Shown here in pieces: positions 1-9,847 of a DNA stretch of 20,000 nucleotides (position 1 is the stretch's first letter; every line of letters starts with the position of its first letter). Origin of the DNA: an uncultured virus (IMG/VR IMGVR_UViG_3300034101_003746) (lineage: Duplodnaviria > Heunggongvirae > Uroviricota > Caudoviricetes). The position numbers and the translations under genes were made by a program. The DNA lies in the IMG/VR virus record IMGVR_UViG_3300034101_003746; one strand, 5' to 3'. The notes below the pieces were generated by a model. It did no database searches. It saw only the letters and a list, made by a program, of their open reading frames with translations, and was not told the origin of the DNA.

Positions 1-47
1 AGTGATGCGGTTCTTCTACGAAAATTTTCTGTTATTATTGCTGCCAT
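1..47 (-). CDS. gp8: Baseplate wedge subunit gp8-like, N-terminal fragment running off the window
   Basis: ATG at 47 reads MAAIITENFRRRTAS..., matching the MAAIITxxFR start typical of gp8 in environmental T4-likes. It lies downstream of gp6/gp7 and has TATAAATA at 69-76. Confidence 0.65.
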   Translation of the reverse strand, partial: MAAIITENFRRRTAS

Positions 48-68
48 ATAGTGTATAGATTATGTCTT

Positions 69-76
69 TATTTATA
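69..76 (-). promoter_or_regulatory. T4-type late (gp55 sigma) promoter TATAAATA
   Basis: Exact consensus in the intergenic region, 21 nt upstream of the ATG at 47. Confidence 0.75.
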
Positions 77-94
77 TCAAATAATTATATTATT

Positions 95-1453
95 TTATTT
101 GTTTTCAAGTTCATCGAGTCGATCTTGGAGAGTTTCAACAATTGTTATTAATTTTTTTACGGTACCGTATAAAGATGCATAGATTTGATCAGAATTGAAT
201 GACAGACAGTCATCTATCGAATCTTCTGATATTATTGTGCCATCGGCATCTTTAATTTGATTATAAACAAATTTATGCTCAGATACTGCCTTTGGAAATA
301 CTGCTTGGACGTCTTGAGCAATCCATCCAATTTTATTTCTGTCTGGAACCTGTTCGGTGGAATAGATTTGATCTTTCCATCTATAACGCTTAAGAGGAAG
401 AGATTTTATGGCATCATAACACTGATCTAAATCAGCCTCTTCAATATTTTCCTTTAGTCTTTCATCTGATGCTACCGTCCATGTACTTGTACTTGGTTTT
501 GCTGCGCTGTCTACTGATAGTTGTAGTCTATACGGAGTCGGGGATGCAGTCGATGAGTTAATAGTAACAAAGTTTGAAGTTGAATCAGCGCTTCTAAAAT
601 ATGTGACATTGGCATCAATATATGCTGCATTTGCACTGCCGCTATGACTGCTTCCGTATAGTTCTATATTTGCACCGTTTGCTCCTGCTCCACCCGCTAA
701 AACTATTCCAGACGAGTTTGAGTTAGAAGAAATAACACGATTTGTATTAATTTGAATTCCAGCAGATGAAATGTCTAGCGGACACACCGGGGTGGCTGTT
801 CCAATACCAATATTATTTAAACCATCAATATATAAACTAGTATTTACTACATCAGGATTATTTCCGTATGATCCAATCTTTCTTATGGCAAATGATGAAC
901 CTGAAGCATTGAGCAAATCATCATGCATGTCCAAAGTAATTACTTGAGAATTAAATCCTCCTATTTGACGTAAGTATGCCCAATCACTGCTAGCACCGGC
1001 TGGTCCAAAAACTGCATATGTATTTGTTCTATTCGATACATTAATTTCTTGTTGCAAATCAGTAGTCGATGCAACTGTGCCTTGACTTGTGGTAGCACCT
1101 CCTAAATATATAGCGCCATTTACATATAATTTTTCAGTAGGAGTAGCTGTTCCAATTCCAACGTTGCCATTAGAATTTATAACAAATTGAGTAGTTGTGT
1201 TGTTTTCCAACGCTAATATATTACCTGTACCAGACTGTTTAATGCGTACTGCATTTCCACTAGTATCTGCAGTAATGTTTGCGCCTCCGGTAATAATGCT
1301 AGACAGACCATTTGCTAATATTTGAGCGGTTACACGCTTATTTGTACCAGTAATCGATGACATTGTTGGATCGCTAACGTCAACAACTTCAAACAGATCA
1401 TTAGTTGCAATATTGTCTGCAGGTATAAGAGAAGTTAATTTTATTTTATACAT
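95..1453 (-). CDS. Tail fibre/spike protein with C-terminal intramolecular chaperone (peptidase S74) domain
   Basis: Two (G/N)N(V/I)GIGTATP fibre repeats. The C-terminus has SDERLKENI...IGWIAQDVQAVFPKAV and ends in a coiled coil (VKKLITIVETLQDRLDELENK), the S74 autocleavage signature. Confidence 0.85.
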   Translation of the reverse strand: MYKIKLTSLIPADNIATNDLFEVVDVSDPTMSSITGTNKRVTAQILANGLSSIITGGANITADTSGNAVRIKQSGTGNILALENNTTTQFVINSNGNVGIGTATPTEKLYVNGAIYLGGATTSQGTVASTTDLQQEINVSNRTNTYAVFGPAGASSDWAYLRQIGGFNSQVITLDMHDDLLNASGSSFAIRKIGSYGNNPDVVNTSLYIDGLNNIGIGTATPVCPLDISSAGIQINTNRVISSNSNSSGIVLAGGAGANGANIELYGSSHSGSANAAYIDANVTYFRSADSTSNFVTINSSTASPTPYRLQLSVDSAAKPSTSTWTVASDERLKENIEEADLDQCYDAIKSLPLKRYRWKDQIYSTEQVPDRNKIGWIAQDVQAVFPKAVSEHKFVYNQIKDADGTIISEDSIDDCLSFNSDQIYASLYGTVKKLITIVETLQDRLDELENK

Positions 1454-1462
1454 TGTTTTATT

Positions 1463-3709
1463 TTATTGTTCTAATATTTTATCGTCTTCGTCTTCGTATA
1501 TTCTAGTATTATCGTTTTCTAATATATATTCGAATGATTCTGTAGGTGGAATAATATTAGGCGAACTATTCGCTTCATTTTCTAATAGTATAGTATCTCC
1601 AGTTTCAAATAATATTTCTTCAGAATCTTCATAAATTATCGGCGAAGTAAATGATATTTCTGGAGGAGTATAGTCCGTTATATAACTAAAATTATAATTA
1701 AAAATATTATTCTCAAATACGTCATAGCTATAACTTTCAGAATAGCTATCTTGTATATAAGAGAAATATCCAGGATCATCTTCGTATCTAATAATTTGAC
1801 TATAGTTCCATGGATAAAATCTACTAAATTTAGGATTTATTAATTTATTATAGCTAGATATATTATTAAATTCGATTTCATTGAATTTTTTATACGGTTC
1901 AATCGCATTATCAATTGTTTTATCGAGATAGCCGCTTATAAGTTCAGTTGAGTCTACAAATTTAAACCAGTCTTGATATGTTTTATGTATAGTTTCATCA
2001 CGAGAAACTGAATTTTTGCAGAACAGTTCTAGAAGAATATTACAGACCAGATTTTCATAGCTTCTATAGCCGTCAGGTGCAGTATTATTATTTACAACTA
2101 TTAAAATATTTGGATCAGCATTAACCGATGTCGTAGTTGTCGGTATTACAAATTTAAATGAATTTCTAGTTAACTCTACGATCGTATGAGTTCCTGCTAT
2201 TTTGTCATTTGTTGTATTTAATATTTTTATTCGATCATTGAGGTTGAACCCATGTCTAGGCGCAGAAACTTCAATCGGATATCCGCCATAATCGTTGCTA
2301 TATTGATTGGTGACTATAATAGATCCTCCATTAACATACACATATTTTTGCTTTAAAGCAGAAAGAATAAACGTTAGTATTCGTTCTCCGCTATCTATCC
2401 ATCCAGGTTGAAATCTAGGAGAATGATAACCTGGGTTTGGAGCACGATATGCATTTAGCCAAGAATAGTCTCCTTCTGGAATTTCTGCTCCATAATAATC
2501 TATTTCTTCATTCCATCTATTTGTATTAAAAATTTCAAGTACGAGAGATTTAAATAGTTTTAAACCTGCAGGATGAACAAATTTTAGATATGGATTTTCC
2601 CATACGTCACGAGACAATCCAGAATATATTTCATATGAATAATTTTGCCAATAATAGCTGTCTTGTAATTTATAGTTATGTGATAAAAATGATTTGTTAT
2701 TTGTATAGTTCCAGTATTCTCCTTCAACTATTGTTTGGGTCCATATTGCAGGATTTAGTTGAATTAATTTATAAATTATAAGTTCATCAGAAGATTCTAG
2801 AGATAAAACTAATTCATTTAGATCAAGTCCTGGCCACGGAATTGCACGAATTGCAAAATCATTATGATATTCTATATCCTTCGTTTCATCTCCAGCTTTA
2901 CTGTATTCTACATTTCTTTCTTCTGTCTCTGGTTCAACATAAACAATTTCTCTGACTAGTTGTGTCCAACTAGCTTCATCCGGCCAAGTTGTGTCAGATA
3001 GGCTGTATGCAAAGGTATCTTTATACTGAAATCTCCATCTAAATGTTGTAGAATTTTCATTTGGCCAAGCAACCTTAATTATATGCGGCACGTTCGCTCC
3101 ATAATCTTCTTCACCGTCTAATGACCATATATCATTTCTTACGTGAGTAAGAATTGGTCTTTTTGTATTATGATTTCTATTATTGGGTTTAGGAGGAGCA
3201 ATATCCATCGAAGATATTACTTGTATATATTTTTTATTTGGATTTGTTGAAACTTGAGTTAAAGTTAAAGGATTAAATTCTCCCCACTCACCGCTTCCTC
3301 CAGATAAATCGAATAAAAAATCTTTTGGATAAAATATTCGTACAGTTTCATTGAAAAATATTTTAAAAAATGAATTGATACTGTCTTCTGAACCGCGCGT
3401 ATGATAATATTTAAATATTATTTTGTATAGTGTAACTTTATCAACTACTTCAGAGTTTGGTATATTTCTAGCAATTAAGCTTTGTATTTCAGTCAAATAT
3501 TCCTTTGAAGCAAAATCAATATCCTTTTCGCTTGTTATATTTTCTATTTGATACGATGGCAGACCTGCTGTATTTAGATATTCATAATATTTTTCAATGA
3601 AATATATTAAATTTTCTGCAGTATCTTGCATAGACTCGGGAAATAATCCCGAGGTTTTTATAGCTTCGTTATGTCTACTACTTCTAGAATTTGCAGCACT
3701 TATTGACAT
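1463..3709 (-). CDS. gp7: Baseplate wedge initiator gp7-like
   Basis: Motifs FIEKYYEYL, YYHTRGSEDSINSFFKIFF...IFYPKD and LQDSYYWQNYSYEI...FVHPAGLKLF. Directly follows gp6. Confidence 0.8.
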   Translation of the reverse strand: MSISAANSRSSRHNEAIKTSGLFPESMQDTAENLIYFIEKYYEYLNTAGLPSYQIENITSEKDIDFASKEYLTEIQSLIARNIPNSEVVDKVTLYKIIFKYYHTRGSEDSINSFFKIFFNETVRIFYPKDFLFDLSGGSGEWGEFNPLTLTQVSTNPNKKYIQVISSMDIAPPKPNNRNHNTKRPILTHVRNDIWSLDGEEDYGANVPHIIKVAWPNENSTTFRWRFQYKDTFAYSLSDTTWPDEASWTQLVREIVYVEPETEERNVEYSKAGDETKDIEYHNDFAIRAIPWPGLDLNELVLSLESSDELIIYKLIQLNPAIWTQTIVEGEYWNYTNNKSFLSHNYKLQDSYYWQNYSYEIYSGLSRDVWENPYLKFVHPAGLKLFKSLVLEIFNTNRWNEEIDYYGAEIPEGDYSWLNAYRAPNPGYHSPRFQPGWIDSGERILTFILSALKQKYVYVNGGSIIVTNQYSNDYGGYPIEVSAPRHGFNLNDRIKILNTTNDKIAGTHTIVELTRNSFKFVIPTTTTSVNADPNILIVVNNNTAPDGYRSYENLVCNILLELFCKNSVSRDETIHKTYQDWFKFVDSTELISGYLDKTIDNAIEPYKKFNEIEFNNISSYNKLINPKFSRFYPWNYSQIIRYEDDPGYFSYIQDSYSESYSYDVFENNIFNYNFSYITDYTPPEISFTSPIIYEDSEEILFETGDTILLENEANSSPNIIPPTESFEYILENDNTRIYEDEDDKILEQ

Positions 3710-3710
3710 A

Positions 3711-5594
3711 TTATCTATCTCTACTAAACGTTTTATAGTCTATCGAACGATCTGATCCAGCAACAGATATAGAGTCTATTTCTCCAAATGTGTTAATTCT
3801 GTTTGTATCAATTCTTATAAGTTGATTTCTTCTAGCAACTATATCATTTGATGTTGGAATCAAGTCAAGAGATATGGTTTGTCTTGTGTTATCTACTATA
3901 ATTGGAAGTAATCTTACTGTTCCTTCATTAAGATTTATTGTTCCAACATTATTATCAACTATGATTTTTTCTCCATTAGTTACATCATAATAAAATAGAT
4001 TTACATCTCGTAAATTCGAATCTGATATATTTTCAGTGTCTCCAAAATAATGTAAAACTCCATTTAATATAAATCCAGTTGATGAAATAACAACTTTTCC
4101 ATCATCGGGTTGCAGTCTTGCGCCATATTTTAGATAAATTTCTTTTGGATTATCGGGATCAAGGACAAATGTTTTTGATAGATATACACGAATCAATGAA
4201 TTCAAGATTGCTGGAGAAGACGTGTCTACAATTCTAGATAATAATGAATGTCTAAACACTCCATCAAACATTTGTAAATTTTGTTCATTGAATAGTGCTA
4301 TTTGATCATTTACTAGTTTTTCTACCTGGGTTGTTGCCAAATTTGTTAAATTTGGATTATATTTAAACAACACATCAAGCACAATATCAATATGTTCAGG
4401 ATCAACTATTTCAGGCATAATAGATAAAACCTTTTTTGATTTTAGATATGTCAATAAATCTGTCTTTTCCTGTAAACTTAAATAGTCATCATCCTCATCA
4501 GAATTTTTCTTGATGCAAATAAAAACTTTTCCATATTGTGGTGGATCATTATCTTCGCCTCCCCATACTGATATAGACTTAGCATTTGAATAATGCGCAT
4601 ATATTAAAGTACGATAGTCGTCTGCTGTAACTGCTCTATCTTGAGAAATATATTGTAATGGAGCATTATATTTGATACTACTAATATCTTCTCTATTTGC
4701 ACCTCTATAAGATACTTGTGTTGTAGTTACTTGAAATAAACTTACTCTTGATGTATCTAAAAAGTCTGAATATGTAAATAGATTAATTTTGTTGCCACTT
4801 GCACCGTTTGAAACGACATAAGATAATTCCAAAATATTTAAATTATCAGGTCTTTTACCAAAAACATTATTTCCAAATGAAATTACATAATTTCCATTAT
4901 AATTTTCATGTAAAAAATATATTCGTGATTCTTCATTGATGCCGTTAACATTATCAAATTCGCTATAAACTTCCATCAATTCAGTCATTCCTTCTGGATA
5001 GACTGAAACACTCAATGTTTTGGTATCGATATTTGTATTATCAATAACATATTCATTTCTATCACGCAAATTATTAATTTGCATGCTAACTGTTTCAATA
5101 TATCCCTGATGTAATACGACATCTCTTGCAATATACGAATTTGTTTGTGGTTGTTTAATACAAACTATGTCAGAAAGATTAGTAAAATCATAATTTTTAC
5201 CTGTTTCATTGCTTAATACATTTCCACTAAATGCAGATCCTCTTGGAATCGTATATTTTTCACTAGTTGGGTTTAGTAGTTGTACTTCAACGTCAACCTT
5301 AGCGGTTGCCGCGACAGCGCTACGTGGAGTATAACCGATAAGTTTCGCAGAAGATACTACATTTTGCCTCAATTGGGCGCTATCAATAAAAGTTTCATTT
5401 ATCGCTAGATGTGCTAACATCGCGTTATAATGAGTGTTGTGTGCGAGCACATCGATCAAGACATTTAAATTTGAGCCAGCATAGTCCCAATCCTTAAATG
5501 GAGTATCAGATGTCTTAAAATAATCTATTAAATTTTTCTTTATGTTAGCAAAGTCTAATTCACTAACATTTATTGATTGTACTGGAATAGGCAT
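3711..5594 (-). CDS. gp6: Baseplate wedge subunit gp6
   Basis: SELDFANIKKNL, NETFIDSAQLRQNVVSSAKLIGYTPRS, QDRAVTADDY and SVWGGEDNDPPQYGKVFI are all gp6 hallmarks. Confidence 0.95.
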   Translation of the reverse strand: MPIPVQSINVSELDFANIKKNLIDYFKTSDTPFKDWDYAGSNLNVLIDVLAHNTHYNAMLAHLAINETFIDSAQLRQNVVSSAKLIGYTPRSAVAATAKVDVEVQLLNPTSEKYTIPRGSAFSGNVLSNETGKNYDFTNLSDIVCIKQPQTNSYIARDVVLHQGYIETVSMQINNLRDRNEYVIDNTNIDTKTLSVSVYPEGMTELMEVYSEFDNVNGINEESRIYFLHENYNGNYVISFGNNVFGKRPDNLNILELSYVVSNGASGNKINLFTYSDFLDTSRVSLFQVTTTQVSYRGANREDISSIKYNAPLQYISQDRAVTADDYRTLIYAHYSNAKSISVWGGEDNDPPQYGKVFICIKKNSDEDDDYLSLQEKTDLLTYLKSKKVLSIMPEIVDPEHIDIVLDVLFKYNPNLTNLATTQVEKLVNDQIALFNEQNLQMFDGVFRHSLLSRIVDTSSPAILNSLIRVYLSKTFVLDPDNPKEIYLKYGARLQPDDGKVVISSTGFILNGVLHYFGDTENISDSNLRDVNLFYYDVTNGEKIIVDNNVGTINLNEGTVRLLPIIVDNTRQTISLDLIPTSNDIVARRNQLIRIDTNRINTFGEIDSISVAGSDRSIDYKTFSRDR

Positions 5595-5597
5595 TTT

Positions 5598-6029
5598 TTA
5601 TCGTATTCTATTTAGGTAAAATATTATTTCTTCAGTTTTATCATAAGATACATTAAATTTTATATTTATTCTATATGAATTCTCGTCAGAATTATCAGAT
5701 ACAGATACTTCAAACACATCAATACGGGGTTCATATTTTTTAATCACGTTGCTTATTTTCACTTGCAATTCATATGCAGTAAACGAATCAACGTTTTCAA
5801 ATAATAATTCATAAATGCCAGAATTAATTTCTGGCTGAAATAAACGACTATTGGCTGTACCCAATATTAAATTTTTAAGTGATTGTTTTACGCTATCTAG
5901 ATCCTTAATTGGAAATATATCCTTTATTACTGGATGAACTGCAAAATTATTTGGTATATCTGTATATAAATCAGTTCTAGATATATTAGAAGATCTAGTT
6001 TCATTATAGTCTGATAAAATCGTACTCAC
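5598..6029 (-). CDS. gp25: Baseplate wedge/sheath initiator gp25
   Basis: SVKQSLKNLIL...RLFQPEINSGIYELLFE...IKKYEPRI...LNRIR. GTG start, immediately upstream of gp6. Confidence 0.92.
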   Translation of the reverse strand: MSTILSDYNETRSSNISRTDLYTDIPNNFAVHPVIKDIFPIKDLDSVKQSLKNLILGTANSRLFQPEINSGIYELLFENVDSFTAYELQVKISNVIKKYEPRIDVFEVSVSDNSDENSYRINIKFNVSYDKTEEIIFYLNRIR

Positions 6030-6034
6030 TAAAC

Positions 6035-6042
6035 TATTTATA
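6035..6042 (-). promoter_or_regulatory. T4-type late promoter TATAAATA
   Basis: Exact consensus, followed by GTTTA and then the gp25 GTG. Confidence 0.85.
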
Positions 6043-6060
6043 TAAAAATAAATAGTAAAA

Positions 6061-8952
6061 TTATGCCATGTTGCTTGGCGTCCAACCTCTTCTCAGTGGA
6101 CCCCAATATTTAGCCATACCAGTTGATGCATTGCTACCAATCGCATCGCTAGATTTTATTAATCTTTCTGCGATAACTAGTGCGGCCTTTGAATTTACGT
6201 CTGGGTCTTGTAATTGTGACATAGAAAACGCTGGTTTTCCATTTAAAGTTGTGCCATTATCGATTCCAGCAGCTCTCATATGAGTTGCATAGTTTGAATA
6301 GTCTAGCGGAGATAGTTGATAAAGACCATTAGAATTACCAACAAACTTACCAACATCTCCAACTACACTATTTCTGAGGCCTGACTCTTTAACTCCTAAT
6401 TTAGTAAAGAATAGCGCCCATTCATCAGCAGAACCGCTCGTGATTCCATATCTATCTCCATCGCTAGGTTTGTAACTATTTAATGTCGATGCCAATACTA
6501 GATTTTTCATTCTATTAAATTGAGTTTTTTCTGTCTCATTTTTAAGACTTGCTAAACTTGCAGAACTGCTATCGGTTCCAGTAGAAACAGAAGAAATCGC
6601 AACTGTTCCATCTGCGGTAGCATTAGTTTCAGTTGCTTTAGCAAACAGCGGATTATTTAAGATGTCATTTTTGTAATTTGAAATTACTGATTTTATAATA
6701 TTCGTTTTAGTTTTAAATTCTGTGACAGTCTCTGTTGACCATTTTGGATTGCGTGCCAAAGCCTTGGCAACTTGAGCATTAAAACTGCTAGTTTCGGCAG
6801 TAATATTGACGCTATTTGCAGCTTGAGCCAATCCAGCATTAAATGAATCCATAAATTCTGATAGTGTGCTTCCTCCAGACAATAGAGTTCCAACACTTCC
6901 TATAGAACCCGTCACGCCACTTATAGAATTTGCTACTGAACCCAATGCAGAGTTTGCTGTATTTACTGCAGATACACTTGAAGTAGTAGACCCTCCGCCA
7001 AATGATATAACAGAATTAGCAGTGTTTAGTGCTCCACCCAATCCCGATACGATAGAATCAAGTTTTGAACTTCCGTCTGATGATGTATTAAATGAAACAA
7101 CATCTACATCTACGAGACCTTTTGCAGTGGCCTTTTTAGCGATAGAGTCATGATATGAATATGCCAACTCATTAAGTGTAGTTAGCATTGCTAAATATTC
7201 ATTTAATTTTGTTTTGTCTGCTAATTTAGATAGGGTTGCAATTTTATCAGTATCTTTTGCTGTAACCTGTTTAATTTCAAACAAAAATGCATCATAGTTT
7301 ACTTTTTGTTCAACTGGTTGACGAGACACCATTGGAGTAAATCCTTTAACAGCTTCTGGAGTTTTAAGAGAATCTGCCTTTGTAGATTTTGGTATTATGT
7401 TTCCAAGAACATCGAAGTTTTCAGTTTCACAAAAATCAACTAGACCATTTACTGCATTATTAGCAATAGTTAATGCGTTTCCCACACCTGGAAAGTTTGT
7501 TGAAATTTTATTTACAGTACTGTCAATTGCATCACCGACCGCTGCATACGCTCCGGTACCTTCGAGTACAGCATCCAAAAACGTCAATGGATTTTTCTTA
7601 ATTTCCTCAATTAATTTTAATATTTGCTGTACTTGCTGTACAAGTTTAAGCGCTTTAGTTAACAGTTGTACAATTCCAACACCGGGAATATAGTTTAGTG
7701 CAAGTTGCACTAATTTTTTTGCTCCAGCAACCAGCAACTTTTGAGGTAAATTTTTAGCGCAATCGGCAAGAGAAGTAATTTTATCTAGATTGATAACATC
7801 AACATTGTCTAATATTTTCATCGTAGCTGACGACAAAAATTGTTTTGAAGTCATATCAGTAGAAGTCTCTTCAGATAAAAGGCTAAGTTTATAGTTATAC
7901 TCTTCTTCATCGGTATAGCCTGAAGGATTTTTAGTGTTTGGTGTTCTAGGAGAAATTGTATATGTACCAGCGGTTTTTCCTACATAGTTATGATTCCAGT
8001 CTACAACCTTTGCTTCTAGTTGATATTCTCCAACTTCAACTGGAGGTATAAGCGAATTGAGTTCTTCGTTGCTAGTCACTACTGCTGTACCCGATACGTC
8101 TGCATACTCTCCATTTTTCCACCATAATTCTCCAGAGTATGAATAGCTAATTCGTACTTCTAGATTTTCAATATATTCTGGAGTTGCGTTTGGATCAGGA
8201 TTATACTTTCTGACTTTGTATGTAGGCCAGTCTGGAATGCCATCATATATTTTTTTAGTGTTGATAAAATCAATAGTAATAGGCATTGGCAATATAACTA
8301 AAAATTTATTCCAATCTATTATTTTTTCAACATCTTTTCCAGTTCCTCTCCAAGTTGGCAAACCTGCAGGCAATTTGCCTGTTTCATAATAATCACTGGT
8401 AAAATAGCCCTTGCACGCAGTATTTTTCGTGTATGTAGATGCAACATTAAAGTCATAGCGACCTACGTTTTGCGGAATTACTGACAACTTTTCTACTCCT
8501 CCCGTATAGTTTATATCAAAATCAACATCGTTCATTGATAATGGTATCAATGACAGACTGCTAACTTGAATTTGTCCAGATCCCTCGCCTATAGTTCCAG
8601 AACGAGTTTTAATTATTCCGGTCCCATTTGCAGTGACATCTACTCCTGATAGAGAGAATGTATTTAGACCGTCAACTTCAAAATTATAAACTACTGTATA
8701 GAGCGTATTTGGACTTACGCCTATAGAACCACTAACAGTTGTAAATGAAACTTGATTGCCGTTTGTAAAGTTGTGATTGGCAAGAGTAACTTTATTTGTC
8801 GCAGCATCAAATGATACCTGTTGTGAAATTAAATATGCTCCAGAAATTATGCTTTTTGCATCAAAATCTTCACCAGTATAGGTGACAGAGACGCCCATTG
8901 TATCTCCATCCAAGTCATTTAATTTAATGTATATAAAGGTAAAATCTAACAT
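6061..8952 (-). CDS. Large multidomain virion-associated protein with C-terminal lytic transglycosylase (SLT/lysozyme-like) domain
   Basis: C-terminal KESGL (Glu856)...GLYQLS...LQDPDVNSKAA...KYWGPLR fits SLT motifs I-III. The N-terminus is beta-rich with an MBG/Ig-like segment (KIYDG...PVEVGEYQLEAKV...NYVG...YTI). The centre has amphipathic helices and Ser/Gly-rich linkers. Located between gp5 and gp25. Confidence 0.65.
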   Translation of the reverse strand: MLDFTFIYIKLNDLDGDTMGVSVTYTGEDFDAKSIISGAYLISQQVSFDAATNKVTLANHNFTNGNQVSFTTVSGSIGVSPNTLYTVVYNFEVDGLNTFSLSGVDVTANGTGIIKTRSGTIGEGSGQIQVSSLSLIPLSMNDVDFDINYTGGVEKLSVIPQNVGRYDFNVASTYTKNTACKGYFTSDYYETGKLPAGLPTWRGTGKDVEKIIDWNKFLVILPMPITIDFINTKKIYDGIPDWPTYKVRKYNPDPNATPEYIENLEVRISYSYSGELWWKNGEYADVSGTAVVTSNEELNSLIPPVEVGEYQLEAKVVDWNHNYVGKTAGTYTISPRTPNTKNPSGYTDEEEYNYKLSLLSEETSTDMTSKQFLSSATMKILDNVDVINLDKITSLADCAKNLPQKLLVAGAKKLVQLALNYIPGVGIVQLLTKALKLVQQVQQILKLIEEIKKNPLTFLDAVLEGTGAYAAVGDAIDSTVNKISTNFPGVGNALTIANNAVNGLVDFCETENFDVLGNIIPKSTKADSLKTPEAVKGFTPMVSRQPVEQKVNYDAFLFEIKQVTAKDTDKIATLSKLADKTKLNEYLAMLTTLNELAYSYHDSIAKKATAKGLVDVDVVSFNTSSDGSSKLDSIVSGLGGALNTANSVISFGGGSTTSSVSAVNTANSALGSVANSISGVTGSIGSVGTLLSGGSTLSEFMDSFNAGLAQAANSVNITAETSSFNAQVAKALARNPKWSTETVTEFKTKTNIIKSVISNYKNDILNNPLFAKATETNATADGTVAISSVSTGTDSSSASLASLKNETEKTQFNRMKNLVLASTLNSYKPSDGDRYGITSGSADEWALFFTKLGVKESGLRNSVVGDVGKFVGNSNGLYQLSPLDYSNYATHMRAAGIDNGTTLNGKPAFSMSQLQDPDVNSKAALVIAERLIKSSDAIGSNASTGMAKYWGPLRRGWTPSNMA

Positions 8953-8955
8953 ATG

Positions 8956-9825
8956 TTATGCAATAGGAGGTGTAGTTGGGGCGGGGGAACCGGGAGCTCC
9001 GTCACCGAGGTGAAAGTGAGTTGCTAATGTACGTGTACCTCCCAACGCACAAACATCAAGACCTGCCACTATAGCTCCACCCAAAACATTCATAATTGGA
9101 GTGGTAGCATTTATAGCAGTGGAATACATTGCAGTTGGTCCTAAAGATGTAAGAGTTAAATTACTTACTGCATCCAATGAAGCAGACATGCCTCCAAAAC
9201 TTGCTTTGCCGAGAGGCGACTGCATACTGATACCTGTCAATGCGGTTGATGTACTAGAACCAGTTACGGTAGATGTATAGTCACCGCTTACATTCTTTTC
9301 TTGACCTCCAATAATATTAGTCTTAACTCCTCCAGCTGTTATATCAATAGCCATGCCTTGACCAGCTATTACATTCTTTTTACCCTTTACGTTTTCAGAT
9401 TTGTCTCCAGTTACCTCTGTTTTGTGAGCATTTCCAACCTTTAATTTATATTCTCCCTTAACTGTTTGCTCCATATTTCCGTTGACTTCAACATTATAAT
9501 TTCCGTTGACAGTTAACAAACAATTTCCATTTATGTGAATGTTGCAAGTTCCAGTAATTGAAACAAAATCATTTCCGCATACAGTAGTATATCGATCAGA
9601 TACTACTGTAGTAGATTGTGCACCATCTGGTTCAATTGTTCTATACGTACCGGATTTATGCATTTCATGAATGCGTTCGTTACCAAGAGTATCATCAACT
9701 TCAAATACATGACCGGCACGCGTCTGTGTAACATTGTTATACGGATACATAGATGCATCCACTGGTTGAGGTGTATTAAATGTACTAGTTAATGGTGTAA
9801 AAGAAGTCGTTTCAGTTGTTGCCAT
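8956..9825 (-). CDS. gp5: Baseplate central spike gp5 C-terminal half (triple beta-helix needle with HxH apex)
   Basis: YPYNNVTQTRAGHVFEVDDTLGNERIHEMHKSGT is the gp5 post-lysozyme motif. It is followed by VxGxxxxx octapeptide repeats and a terminal TLATHFHLG. Start moved from the ORF-track 9966 to ATG 9825 (MATTETT..., 289 aa). Confidence 0.88.
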   Translation of the reverse strand: MATTETTSFTPLTSTFNTPQPVDASMYPYNNVTQTRAGHVFEVDDTLGNERIHEMHKSGTYRTIEPDGAQSTTVVSDRYTTVCGNDFVSITGTCNIHINGNCLLTVNGNYNVEVNGNMEQTVKGEYKLKVGNAHKTEVTGDKSENVKGKKNVIAGQGMAIDITAGGVKTNIIGGQEKNVSGDYTSTVTGSSTSTALTGISMQSPLGKASFGGMSASLDAVSNLTLTSLGPTAMYSTAINATTPIMNVLGGAIVAGLDVCALGGTRTLATHFHLGDGAPGSPAPTTPPIA

Positions 9826-9847
9826 AATATTATATATCAAATTTAAT

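Noticed and set aside
6068..7693. Short ORFs 6068-6283, 6693-6896, 6866-7153 and 7397-7693
   Set aside because: Wholly nested in the 963-aa gene as antisense or alternative frames, with no protein-like features.
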